DNA of 64,000 bases from the NCBI RefSeq assembly GCF_021869535.1, contig NW_026262668.1, forward strand, positions 101,370,001-101,434,000. Direction: 5' to 3'. Source of the stretch: Mytilus californianus. Its lineage: Eukaryota. The notes under the pieces are model-generated. The model searched no databases, had not been told where the DNA came from, and worked only from the letters and a program-made list of their open reading frames with translations. A program made the translations under genes and the position numbers. Position 1 is the first letter of the stretch; every line of letters starts with the position of its first letter. Positions 50,930 to 63,498 of the stretch are shown here, in pieces.

Positions 50930-52787
50930 GAATACATGACTGTATGCACACCCTATTATCGACCACATAAATGATACATGACTGCATGACACCCTATTAT
51001 CAGCTACCTAAAGGATACATGACTGTATGACACCCTACTATCGGCTACCTAAAGGATACATGACTGTATGACACCCTACTATCGGCTACCTAAAGGATTC
51101 ATGACTGTATACACCCTATTATCGACATCCTAAAAGATACACGACTATATGCACACCCTATTATCGACTACCTAAATGATTCATGACTGTATGACACCCT
51201 ATTATCGGCCACCTTAAGGATACATGACTGTATGACACCCTATTATCAGCAACCTAATGGATACATGACTGTATGGTAACCTATTATCGGCTACCTAAAG
51301 GATACATGACTGTATGACACCCTATTATCGACTACCTAAAGGATACATGACTGTATGACACCCTATTATCGACCACCTTAAGGATACATGATTGTTTGAC
51401 ACCCTATTATCAGCTCCTAAAGGATACACGACTATATGCACACCCTATTATCGACTTCCTTAAGGATACATGACTGTGTGACACCCTATTATCGACCACC
51501 TTAAGGATACATGACTGTATGACACCATATTATCGGCTACCTAAAGGAAACATGATTGTATGACACCCTATTATCGGCTACCTTAAGGATACATGACTGT
51601 ATGATACCCTATTATCGACCACCTTAAGGATACATGACTGTATGACACCCTATTATCGGCTCCCTAAAGGATTCATGACTGTATGACACCCTATTATCGA
51701 CTACCTAAAGGATACACGACTATATGCACACCCTTTTATCGACTACCTTAAGGATACATGACTGTATGAAACCCTATTATCGACTACCTCAAGAATACAT
51801 GGCTGTATGACACCCTATTGTCGACTACATAAAGTATACATGACTGTATGACACCCTATTATGGACTACCTAAAGATTACATGACTGAATGCCACCCTAT
51901 TATCGACTACATAAAGGATACATGCCTGTTTGAAACCCTATTATGTACTACCTAAAAGGATGCATGGCTGTATGACACCCTATTATCGACTACCTAAAGG
52001 ATACATGACTGTATCCCACTCTATTATCGTCTACCTAAAGAATACATGACTGTATGCCACCCTATTATCGATTACCTAAAGGATACATGACTGTATGACA
52101 CCCTATTATCGACAACAAAAAGGATACATGGCTGTATGACACCCTATTATCGACCACCTAAATGATACATGACTGTATGACACCCTATTATCGGCTACCT
52201 AAAGGATACATTACTGTATACCACCCTATTATCGATTACCTAAAGGATACATGACTGTGTGACACACTTTTATCGACTACATAAAGTATACATGACTGTA
52301 TGACACCCTATTATGAACTACCTAAAGGATACATGACTGAATGCCACCGTATTATCGACTACATAAAGGATACATGCCTGTATAAAACCCTATTATGAAC
52401 TACCTAAAAGGATACATGGCTGTATGACACCCTATGATCGACTACCTAAAGGATACATGACTGTATCCCACTCTATTATCGTCTACCTAAAGAATACATG
52501 ACTGTATGCCACCCTATTATCGACTACCTAAAGGATACAAGACTGTATCCCATTCTATTATCGTCTACCTAAAGAATACATGACTGTATGCCACCCTATT
52601 ATCGACTACCTAAAGGATACATGACTGTATGCCACCCTATTATCGACTACCTAAAGGATACATGCCTGTATGACACACTATTATCGACTACCAAAAGAAT
52701 ACATGACTGTATGCCACCCTTTAATCGGCTACCTAAAGGATACATGAATGTATGCACACCCTATTATCGGATACTTCTACGACAGAT
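50930..52787. repeat. 41-bp minisatellite, about 45 copies
   Basis: Unit gacaccctattatcgactacctaaaggatacatgactgtat; period measured at 51301 and 51342. Confidence 0.95.
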
Positions 52788-53639
52788 ACAATACATATTC
52801 ATTTGCTGTACTGATAGCAGGTAACAAGGTGGGGTATGAAAAGTGCCGAACCGAAAATGGTTTACTTGTTCTCGGCAAAGAAAAGTGTGCTTGGTATTTA
52901 TTGCAGCACAAATTAACCATTTATTTGCATAGTTCAATCATTTGATTGCTTTGCATATTGACCATGAATCAACCGGTTCGCACTTTTGGAACATTAATAA
53001 GGAAAGTAAAATTGATTCTAAATGATTGATTAATTCTCGTGATGTTTGCTAAACGTCAAGCGGCTAATACTTCATTCATATTCAAGGAAATAAATCAAAT
53101 ATGTAGGTTGTAAACATTGGGTCATTCGGGATAAACAGGCGAATAATTTGATCAGCCACTGGAAAAAGAGGATAGAGACAAACGTTACAGGGTACATACG
53201 GAACCATCAAACTGATTGTTAATAGTTAGAAATTTTAACTCAGTTAAAACAAAAACTCACATTTACTGAAATAATGGCTTGAAAGCTACAACTTTAAGAT
53301 GTCAGATCAATCTTGGACTAATGGTCATGTAAATGGAATGAGTTCACAAACAAAATATTATCAACAAGCTATTGATAATTTCTGTGTACTACTAAGCTCT
53401 CCGTTTAAAAAAGTAAGCACGACTTAGGATTAGTTGTAGACATTAACAAACAAAACAAATTATTCAAGGTCTTTCTCAAAAATAATACAACTGCATATGT
53501 ATTCCCTATTTTATTCAATCTGAATATAGTTTTTCAACTTTAAAAAACAGCCAATCTCTGATACAAGTGTATATTTATACATGAACAATGTAATTATTGT
53601 ATTTTAATTTTTGCTCTACATTTGCTTCATTCTCGGCAA

Positions 53640-54138
53640 TTCAAACCCACTCATTTTAAAAATATTCCTTCTGAATGTTATCAATCCCACATACTCAGTG
53701 TCAAAAATATACATTTGAACAAACATACAAAAAGTCAATCTGTTCTTTTTTTTGGGTTAAGGATTCATATGGCCAAAAATGTTAAGGTCCTAGACGTCTT
53801 CCAAAACTGCACACATTTAAATGATGTTCATGGTCAAGATTATAAATTCTACCATGTATGAAAGCTTTTTGGAAAACGCTATCTCGAGTTACAATTTTTT
53901 ACTGCTCTTGTTTGGCACAGACGGAAAGACTATGTCCTTCGAATCACACGTGGCTGTGGTCAATAAAACTTATCAATAACCTTAAAACGAATATATCTGC
54001 CAACTTTTTTGAAAGTATCCATTTCTCACCTGGATTGTGCATGGAAAGACATTTTACAGGGAGTGTGATTGGTTGCAGCATTGTTGCACGTATAATTTCT
54101 TTTAGAATTTGAGTCATAATTTGTACATCTTCTTTTTT
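53640..54138 (-). pseudogene. Possible relic of a CACTA/EnSpm-like transposase
   Basis: Long frame with three internal stops, reading ...HGRIYNL[TMNI in an alternate frame]...RRLGP*HFWPYES. Resembles the recalled TxNxHxLxHL..xRxLGPL..(C/W)FPFES segment of CMC transposases. Confidence 0.4.
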
Positions 54139-54274
54139 CTGTTGTTATACACTGCTCATGAATGTTGATGAGCCTTTCTTATATATATTTTTTTTCCTTT
54201 TTCAAGCTATTGAGTTTTAAAAAATAAATAACCTGCAAAGATAATGACCGTCGACATATGTTGATGCATTTAAT

Positions 54275-54690
54275 ATAAATAAGAAGATGTGGTATGAGTG
54301 CCAATGAGACAACTCTCCATCCAAGTAAGAGTGTATAAAAAGTTAACAATTATAGGTCAAAGTACGGCCTTCAACACGGAGCCCTGGCTCACAACGGACA
54401 GCAAGCTATAAAGGGCCCCAAAATGACTAGTGAAAAACAATTCAAACAGGAAAACCAACGGTCTTACCTATATAAAAAAAGAGAAACAAGAAACTCCTAT
54501 GAACCACACCAACAAATAACAACCACTGAACAACAGGCTCCTGACTTAGGACAGGTGCATAAAAATGCAGCGGGTTTAAATGTTTTAACAGACGCCAACC
54601 TTCACCCTAACTTGAGACAGTAGTGTAACATTACAACATAAAAAGACACACTATAAAATATCTATTGAAATGGCTTAACTCGATCAAAAA
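54275..54690 (+). repeat. Family P dispersed repeat
   Basis: Highly similar to 14930-15221. Confidence 0.8.
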
Positions 54691-55164
54691 GACGTTTAAA
54701 CAAAAACAAGTAAACATACACTGAACTAATAAGTTTTATCTATGACACATTTATAAATACAATATTAAAACGTAGGTGCATATATAACATAGACGTTACA
54801 GGTAGTAATAAAAAAAAATGCAGGAAGAGTTTCATTAAGACAACTCTTACCTGGGACAAAATGGCGTTAAATAAAATAACGTACATAGGTAAATTTAAAT
54901 ATAATAATTTTGTTGTTAGGAGTACGGAAGTAAACATTTTTTACCAAATTAATAAATTTGTTGTTCAGAGTACGAGAACAGAAGTGAAAATTTATCGTAA
55001 TTCTAAATACTTATCAAAGGTGGTACATATATCTGGTACTTAAAATAAATTTTAAGACAACGATTGGCAGAATTAAATTTAACAAAAAATTCTAATGGGT
55101 AAAACTAAACCCTGATTTTTATGTTCTTAAACTTTGTATTTGATGTGACTTTCTTTGTTTTGAT

Positions 55165-55205
55165 TCATGTGCAACTGATGAGTCTTATGTAGCCAAAACG
55201 CCGAG
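55165..55205 (+). ncRNA. Second degenerate hammerhead-like motif (predicted inactive)
   Basis: CTGATGA-gtct.tatgt.agcc-aaaa-cgcc; same family as 47965, with G12 lost. Confidence 0.45.
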
Positions 55206-56119
55206 TTCATTATTGATCTACTCAGATTTTTAACAAAACAGGAATAATAAAAATTAAAAACATCTGATGATTACTTAAATTTTAAAAACATTTGATCAAC
55301 AGTGAGCAACAAGTGGTATGTAGTTTCTTAACGTTGATAATATGGAAGACTCCGTCTTGGATGAAGGGGTGTTCTACTTCTAACATTACGCTATGATGCA
55401 CATGATTTAAAATCATGCAACAACAATAACCATAAATAGCAGAGAGCCACAGAAAGGATCTCTTAAGTTGCAAAGCAATCAATGGAGTGGGGAATCCAGA
55501 GCAACCAATTAGACTGATACCCCTCCAGGTCAAGAAAACTACGCATGCGCTTAATCACGTAAACAAATCGTTAGAATTAGGTTTTGATTGAGGTCAATTG
55601 TGGCAAGGACGTATATTATATATGTTAGTTATATGTCCTTGATTGTGGTTCTCCATTTCTTTTTTTAAGTTCAATATCAAAGTTTCATAAAGGTAACATA
55701 ATAGGAACAACACCACTGTAGTACTTATCTGACAGAAATAGTTTTATTTGGAACCACTCTCGCATTTTTACAAAACAGCGGAATTCCCTCTTTGACGCTA
55801 AATATATAAAACCCTAAATATAGATACTGCTTATTTCTGATTTTCCGTATTGTAAAATAAACGCAAATAAAAAAGGGATATGTCAAAACATGAGAATTAT
55901 GAGAAGAAAATAAACGGAAAGGTGTTTAAATTCAACCTGCTTGTTTGTTTTACTCTTTATAACAAAATAATCTTAAGAATCTGAGTTGTTCCTAAATGTA
56001 AAGCACGAAACGGTTGACGTGAGAGTCTTGGAAAGGAGTCAATAGTAAAAGTCTACAGATTGATTGACAGCAATCGTATCCCAAAAATGAGCCGTTAGTG
56101 TTCACTTTTGTTTCACATT

Positions 56120-56275
56120 TTTCATGGCGGGGCTTTTAAATGCCGACTGCACAGTATTGATTTTTCTAGTTGTTGTAGGCTGTACGGTGGCATGTAATTG
56201 CTTATATCCACTTCATTTGAACTCGGATGGATAGTTGTCTCATTGGCAATCATACAACATCTCCTTATTTTCATA
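56120..56275 (-). repeat. Family P fragment
   Basis: gatagttgtctcattggcaatcatacaacatctccttattt. Confidence 0.7.
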
Positions 56276-57370
56276 CTGACCTAAACATCACAAAAATTAT
56301 ATTCCATACACGAAACAGATGTCAATTTCTCAAGTTAAACAAATCGACATACCAAATAGTCTTAAACTGATTCTGAGGTTGTCTTGGTTATTATTTATAG
56401 GAATTTGTATATATACATGGCAGATCTTAGTTTCCTTTGAATTGTAAGCGTGGCGATTTAGAGGTTGACATACTGTATAGATACTTTTTTAAATGTTGAA
56501 AATCGTCTGTTGACCTGAGTCCTCAAATGGTCTTTTGGGCTTTTAGATCATCGCGTTTCTGTCTCATTGACGTCAAAGACTTTGCAAAGGAGATGTAATA
56601 CTAATATTTCACTTTCTTCCAATTTACACGCGATATTTAATCGGTTGACCTTCGTGTATAAATTAACACTAAATTCCAGTTTTAATGTCAACAATTGCTA
56701 CTGTGCAGGAAAAAAAAGAGCAACAGAAAGTGTGCCAAACTAACAAAACACATCATGATTCTGTCCAGAAATTGTTGGGCAATCTTTTTTTTGGACACAA
56801 ATAAAATGCTTATTGAACACCTTTTTGTAACACTATTAAAAATTTGTCTAAGCCTCGACTTTTAATGAACATTTGGCATTAAAATATTGAACGTTACATG
56901 TACAAGTTTTGAACGCGTCCGTGATATTCTCAGTTAAGTTCTCTTAAAAAGGGATGTTGTGTTAAAAGTTGAAAACTTCACCAAAATTAGAAATAGCACA
57001 GTCAGTGGTTTTTCAGTTGGAAACCCCCTTAAATATATATCAATATGAACACAAATAAAAAAATAATTGAAGAACTACAAATAATATATAGTAACTATAT
57101 AGAGCGTTTTCATTCGAATGTAACATATTAGATATTCTGCTTTAACAAACTTTCCCATATGTAGTAATCATTATACGTCAATATAAAAATCAAGAGGATC
57201 AAATTAAAAATGAAGATACACATCGTGTGATGAAACATTGTTAGTTTCGTTCCTTTACTTTGCTAACCAATACGTTGAAAAACGTCATCACTTGTAGAAT
57301 TGTCCGTGTTTTTCTATGGGACCCCCACAATAACAATCTTATAAAAAATAAATGTGCCTGTCAAATATTT

Positions 57371-57712
57371 CGACCATGTTGGTGGTTTCGTAGTAGCGTG
57401 CTCGCCTCGAGTGTGGGAGGTCACGGGTTTGACGTCAAACAAAAGACTTAAAAATAGTAATATTTTTCTGCTCCTCCTCTAAGCAAACGAAATTTAGGGA
57501 AGAGAGCAAAGACAAGTTGGCTCGGAATCAGAATAATGTGTCCGAGTAGGATGACATGTCTTCCTGCCGACTGTTACTTTAAGAACAAGCATGCAGGCTA
57601 AATATACGAACTCAGCCGAGTGTTCATATTCATATTCATACCACATTAACATGATTAAAATGTTCTCGTCCTGATATGCATGTAATATTTACCACTGCAC
57701 GTTTAACATCAA
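57371..57712 (+). mobile_element. tRNA-headed SINE (bivalve type)
   Basis: tRNA-like head (agcgtgctcgcctcgagtg...gggtttgac) and central aagagcaaagac..gttggctcggaatcag.ataatgtgtccgagt domain; similar to 59031-59339. Confidence 0.75.
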
Positions 57713-57969
57713 TTTATTATAATCAAAGTTCGCCCAATTCCTATGGAATCTGTAGGAATGCAGCTCAATCCGATCAAAAGATAAATATGGAAGTGCATAA
57801 CTACACACAGAGGGTATTAATTGTCAAAGGTGATAAAAGATATGCCGGTACTAAGTTTAGTTATGTTCCATTCCTATGAATTTGAGTTGACAGAATTTAC
57901 GAAAGAGTCTATGCATCACCAAGTAAAATGAGAAATAAACTCAATAAAATCATTTCGAGGAAGGTTGTT

Positions 57970-58590
57970 GTACTCTCTTAAATGCATCTATACACCAAGC
58001 TAAACGATTGCAAGTAACTTACTCCATTATATGTAAACCATAATTAAGTCAATATTAAGCATAAGGTCAGAGTGGCCTACATTTTAAGGGAGCTTGCTAT
58101 ACTCTTACATCAAGTTATATAATTGTAGGTCATGCGCTTTGCATCTTGAGATCTAAACTCAGACATGAAACCTAATCAAAGTCATTGAAGTTTAAAGTAT
58201 AGATCGGTATGACCCAATTTTTTGGTGGGAAGCTGATATAATCCCTAAGATGCATCCTTACACCAAGTCATGACTTTAGGTAACTTAGAAATGAACTACG
58301 ATAATTAACTTAACCGAAGTCATCGAAGCTTTAAAGTTAAGTCAGAGTGATCTTTTTACAAGGACTGATTTTCTACCCAAGTTGCATCTTTAACCAAATT
58401 GTATGGTTGTTGGTCACCAAGTTTCTGAGATCTAAATTCAGACCTAAACATCTTATTTCAAGAAAACGTACTATATATCAGTGACCTAATTTTAACACGA
58501 AAATTACATATTATCCTAGTTGCATTCCTACACCAAATTATATGATTGTAGGTCACTTAGTACCGAGAACTAAGCTAGATTAAGAAAGTT
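57970..58590. repeat. Old degenerate tandem array, unit about 135 bp
   Basis: tgcat(c/t)...acaccaa near 57983, 58252, 58383 and 58522, plus repeated tgtaggtca and aagtttaaagt motifs. Confidence 0.5.
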
Positions 58591-59030
58591 TCACTAAAAT
58601 TAATTCTCCAATAAATAGCAGAAGAGAAAAATATAAGGCGACATGAAGTAGTGATTAGTCTTCACTCTGGGTATTTTTCTAAACTCGAAAAAGACCTGTC
58701 TCCATTTTTTTGTACCACATTGTATCGACACAAAAATAAAACCCCAAAAAGATTTATAGAGGTCAATATACAGATCTTCAACGACAGACACGTCTAACTT
58801 TCTTGGCGTCTGTAAAACATTTCAAGCCCTAACACACACTTCCACCTCCCCGGGACTTAATAATCTGTGACTAAACTGAACAGAAACAATCAAAGATCTA
58901 CCATCTTTACCTAGATGACAAAATTTTTAGTATAAAATAAGAACGTCTAGAAAATCGTGAACTTCTTTTAAGTTGAATTTGAATGTTGAGTCATATCTAC
59001 TAGTGATACTGCTGGTCTCTTCAAATAAAA

Positions 59031-59339
59031 GCCTCTGAGGTCTCATGGTAGAGTGCTCGCTTCGAGTGCCGGGGTGATAGGTTTAATACAAAGACTTGAA
59101 AATTGGAAGCTGCTGCATCTCCGTTTAACACGCCGCATTTAAAGCAAGAATAGTCTGCTAGGAGTAAAAACAATGTGTCCAGATCTTCTTGCGGACTGTT
59201 ACCTTGTGAAATAGCACGCTAAAAATCCAGATTAGCGTGTCGGTCTTGTTCAAAGCAGGGCTCATATTTGTATCACATTACTTACATATAAATGTTATAC
59301 TTGTCACTGGACGTTAAACACCAAATAATCATCATCATC
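59031..59339 (+). mobile_element. tRNA-headed SINE (same family as 57371)
   Basis: gagtgctcgcttcgagtg...aaagacttgaaaattgg...aatgtgtcc...ggacgttaaaca...(atc)n tail. Confidence 0.75.
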
Positions 59340-60199
59340 TCTATGTTGTCCATTTCAGCAGATTTTTAGTTGGCTGTACCATTGGTGAGAACTTTCAAAA
59401 AGTTAAATTTTATATAAAATTCATATGTATGTACCAAGCTACCAAGTCTGTATCCCAATCTTTGTCAGTGTCTTCGTGCTTTATTTTTCGTTTTTTATTA
59501 TTGACTTAAATTATGCTGGTGGTTTTCACTTTTTAATTTTTCGCATTATGTTTATCAAACCTTCAAATACCCACTGTGAGAAGTAGATGTGTATATAATA
59601 TATTTACTTTCCGGTCATTGAACTATGAAGACTACACCTAAATATTTGGGATTCAATCAACCCAGTAAAATGATGTCTAGGCTGCGTCATGTGTCAGACT
59701 GAACCTGATTTATAGCGAACCATCTACAGGTAAATTCTAAGGGTATATATATATTCTAATAAGATAATATAATAAGTTCAAGAACATTTCAGGAAGATTT
59801 TATGAAGCTATTGAATCGTAAAAGTTAGAGGCATCTGTAATATAAAAGAAACTCCAGTATACAGCATCGATTGGTCTACATCTTTAGGTTTCCCTATCTT
59901 GTTTACGCACGGGAATAGCCCATTTTTATGTCGCCTTCAGTGACATTCGTTTAGCATGCGATATACAAACAAAGGACTAATAGTGATTGCCGACACTGCT
60001 CTTACACGTCGCGTATGACGATCGCTTTATGGTTTGTATGATCCTTATAATATTTCACAAATATAATAGATCTGAATGAAATGATAAGGAGTATGGTTTT
60101 TGTATGCATATCTAAGATGACATAATAAAGTGTCACGTTCACATTGCTATCTTTCGTTTAACTATTTTGCCTTTTGCATTCATAAAGTATTTTAAGCAA

Positions 60200-60440
60200 T
60201 AACAAGAATAGTTGTTCAAAGAACTGCATATCCCAATAACACTATAACATCCTAATTTCCAATGAACCGCGAAATATATTTTAAAAGTTCACATCATAAT
60301 GAACATGTTTACTAAGATTCAAGTTGATGTGACTACATTTCATTGTAAACTACCTTTCACATAATACTTTAACATGATACAAGACGGACTAACAAATGGA
60401 TACACAAACAAGAAAATATAATGCTATCGTAGGCGGGACA
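60200..60440 (+). mobile_element. 3' part of a HINE-like element
   Basis: Core remnant, degenerate (ggac)n, and terminal aatgctatcgtaggcgggacataaaaa. Confidence 0.5.
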
Positions 60441-60669
60441 TAAAAAGGCCGAAGAAAAAACTAAGAAGTATTGGGGTGCAGGTGGCAACAAACTGGTGGT
60501 ATGAATAAAGCGAATATTTAGGAAGTGTGCTTTATTGTTATTCTTCTTATTCACAGGGTCCGAGTCTCGTTTGTCTAACTATTTCAGCGATAGTGATAAG
60601 AAGCCTGTCATTACTGAAGTTTTGAGTTAGAATTCCGTTTCGGCAATTGACTAGGATTTAGTTTTTCAT

Positions 60670-60784
60670 CCGAAGGTCGGTGGTTCTCTCCTGGCATTTC
60701 GGCTTCCATCAATAAAAAATTGCCAGCAAGATATAGCCAAGTGTATAAGAGTGGCGTTAAACATCAACAATCAATCAATCAATC
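60670..60784 (+). mobile_element. 3' end of a SINE with (aatc)n tail
   Basis: ggtcggtggttctctcctggca...gatatagcc...gtggcgttaaacatc(aatc)n. Confidence 0.65.
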
Positions 60785-61046
60785 TTGAAAACGGGCTATT
60801 TGCTACATAGAGATCGGTGTTCAATTGATGTCTTGCAAGCAAATAATTCGACCTCAACCTTTAATTTGATAAGTTGCGCATGTGTTGAGGATGTCCATTG
60901 ATTGAAACAATTGTCAGTTGAAAAGTGAATCCCGACAAGGCAGCAGCAGGAAGATTGATTCGATCCGCAAAGCCATAAGTCTTATACCTGTATTCAGGAT
61001 ATGAGTAAATGACTTGCATTTAGTTTGCATGTTTGAATCTATAATG

Positions 61047-62242
61047 ACAAGACTGCACACGCTAAAATGTCTCGCCTGTTTTACTTATGATTGAAATCAT
61101 GTTGAAAGTCTGTAAAATGAAGGTTTTACTACAAGCATCACATAAACGTAACATTATCAATGATCCATGAAAATGAAGTCACGGTCAGATGAACCATGCC
61201 AGACAGACATGTACACCTAACAATCAGTCCATACACCAAAAATAGCGGTCCGATCGCTTATAGTACCCGAGAAACAGATCAAACCAAAAAATCTTAACAT
61301 TGACCAATGAACCATGAAAATGAGGTGAAGAGAATAAAAACCCTGCCAGGCAGACATGTACACCTAACAATAATTCCATACACCACATACAGTTGACCTA
61401 TTGTTTATAGTAACTGATTAACTGACATAACAACAAAAACCTATCAATGCCCAATGAACCATGAAAATGAGGTCAAGGTCAAAAGAAACCTGCCAGACAG
61501 ACATGTACACCTTACAATCATTCCATAAACCAAATATAGTGGTCCTATTGATTACAGTATCGGAGAAATAGACAAACCCACAAAAAAACCAACTAAACAT
61601 TGTCCAATGAACCATGAAATTGAGGTTAAGGTCAGATGAAACCTGCCAGTCGGACATGTACACCTTACAATAATTCCATACACCAAATATAGTGGCCCTA
61701 TTGATTATAGTATCTGAGAAATAGACCAAACCACAAAAACTTAACATTGTCCAATGAACCATGAAATTGAGGTCAAGGTGAAATGAAACCTGCCAGACGG
61801 ACATGTACACCTTACAATCATTCCATACACCAAATATAGTGGCCCTATTGATTATAGTATCTGAGAAATAGACCAAACCACAAAAAAACTTAACAGTGTC
61901 CAATAGACCATGAAATTGAGGTCAAGGTTAGATGAAACCTGCCAGTCGGACATGTACACCTTACAATCATTCCACACACCAAATATAGTTATCCTATGAC
62001 TCATAATAAGAGAGTATTTCACTTTTCAAACAAAAACAGTAATTTTGTTCAAGCAGTCACTGAACCATGAAAATGAGGTCAAGAACAATAGACATATGAC
62101 AGACGGAAACTTCGTAACATAAGGTATCTGATCGAGGTCTTCTAGCTTCTGAAATATAAAGCTTTATACAAATAGTTTACGCCGCCGCCGCCGCTGGATT
62201 GTAATCTCTATGCCTCGCATTCTGCGACTTTCGTCGGCGAGA
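61047..62242 (+). mobile_element. Complete HINE element, family F2, with 5-6 cores of about 147-155 bp
   Basis: Head, tandem cores (gaggt.aagg near 61468, 61622, 61769, 61918 and 62076), (gcc)n, and 3' hairpin region. Confidence 0.88.
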
Positions 62243-63276
62243 AAAAACTAGGAAAATCGACAGTAAGCTGTTGTACGTGATTTCCTGTCTATTTGTATTT
62301 TTGTTGACCTTTCTGTGTTTAAGTTTATAATTATAACGGAATCAATGCCCATGCCCATCAACAATTTTCATAGGTCATGATGATAATTAATTAAATGGCG
62401 TCGAGTCAGGTTCTTCAAAATGAAAACAAATAACAGTTATAACCTTTGGAAATATTTCATTTTAATCTCGTTGCAGTAAGCACTTCTCGTAACACGAGAT
62501 TATCTAAAGTATCATGGCTGTATCCGTGAGCTGTCATTTCTTTCCAGACTTCAGCTGGTAGCAACAGCCACCGAATCTCTTCCTAATCCAGATAATTTCT
62601 TTCGGCATTTATATAGGACGTACTAGCTTGTGCAAACCATTCGGATTCTGGGGACCAAACAAGAGGTTATTCTCCCGTGATAATTGCTGGACAGTTCAAT
62701 CAAAAACAATATTTTGTGTTTATTTTTACTGTGCAACCCTTTTAATGTTTACATTTATAGAGATTGTATTTTGCAGCACTTGTGGACATATCTACTCGTG
62801 AAAGCAAATAATAAACTGTCAATATTTTGTTAAGAATAATGTTGCATACTTGACGCCATCTTTAAATTTCTCATTTACATAAAAAATAAGTTCCTTCGAC
62901 TTGAAGACAATATTTAGAAATTATTTACGTCATACTCTTTGACGGTGTGCTGCAGAATGGTTATCGGTCGTCAACGCCGTTGTCGTAGACGCCAGTAGAT
63001 ACATGTTCGACGGTTTTGTTAAGTTTAGAATTTTCCTTCTCTAATTTTTTCACTATTTTCACATTTCGCAACCGATTGTGAAAAATTGTTCTCCTCACTA
63101 GTGAAATAACCGTTCTCGGCAAATGATTGGTCAAAGTTTAAATATGACGTCAAATTTGCTTGGTTTCTTCTAAATTTTCTATTGTGACGTCATGAAAAAG
63201 GCGACCATGCCGGATGACGTCACATATATAGAACACAACTTTCTGCAAATCTTTGAAAAGGAAGGATAAAAATCAA

Positions 63277-63455
63277 TAGAGAAACAGATTCCACCTCTAT
63301 AACTCGTGTATTACGATATTTCTCCACTATCAACAGTTACATTTTAATCATTTATAAAGCTCGGCAAGCCTCGCGCTTTAAATATTAAAATTTAACTGTC
63401 TCGAGTGGAGAAATATCGTAACACACTTGGTGCAGTGGTGGAATCTATATTTCTA
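63277..63455. repeat. Long imperfect inverted repeat (about 180 bp hairpin)
   Basis: tagagaaacagattccacc...acgatatttctccact...acagtta pairs with taactgt...agtggagaaatatcgt...ggtggaatctatatttcta; central ctcggcaagcctcg. Confidence 0.8.
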
Positions 63456-63498
63456 ATTCAAAAACCTTCAAGGAACATGTACTGATCTCTTAGCAAGG

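Noticed and set aside
50930-52787. Regular 41-bp repeats as a CRISPR array
   Set aside because: Units are head-to-tail with no unique spacers, the context is eukaryotic and there are no cas genes.
57371-57440. tRNA gene
   Set aside because: Degenerate A/B boxes continue into a SINE body, with no closable cloverleaf; same for 59031.
61418-61903. 161-aa repetitive ORF, and similar ORFs at 50202-50453, 49204-49662 and 34622-35498
   Set aside because: Chance frames across HINE tandem cores.
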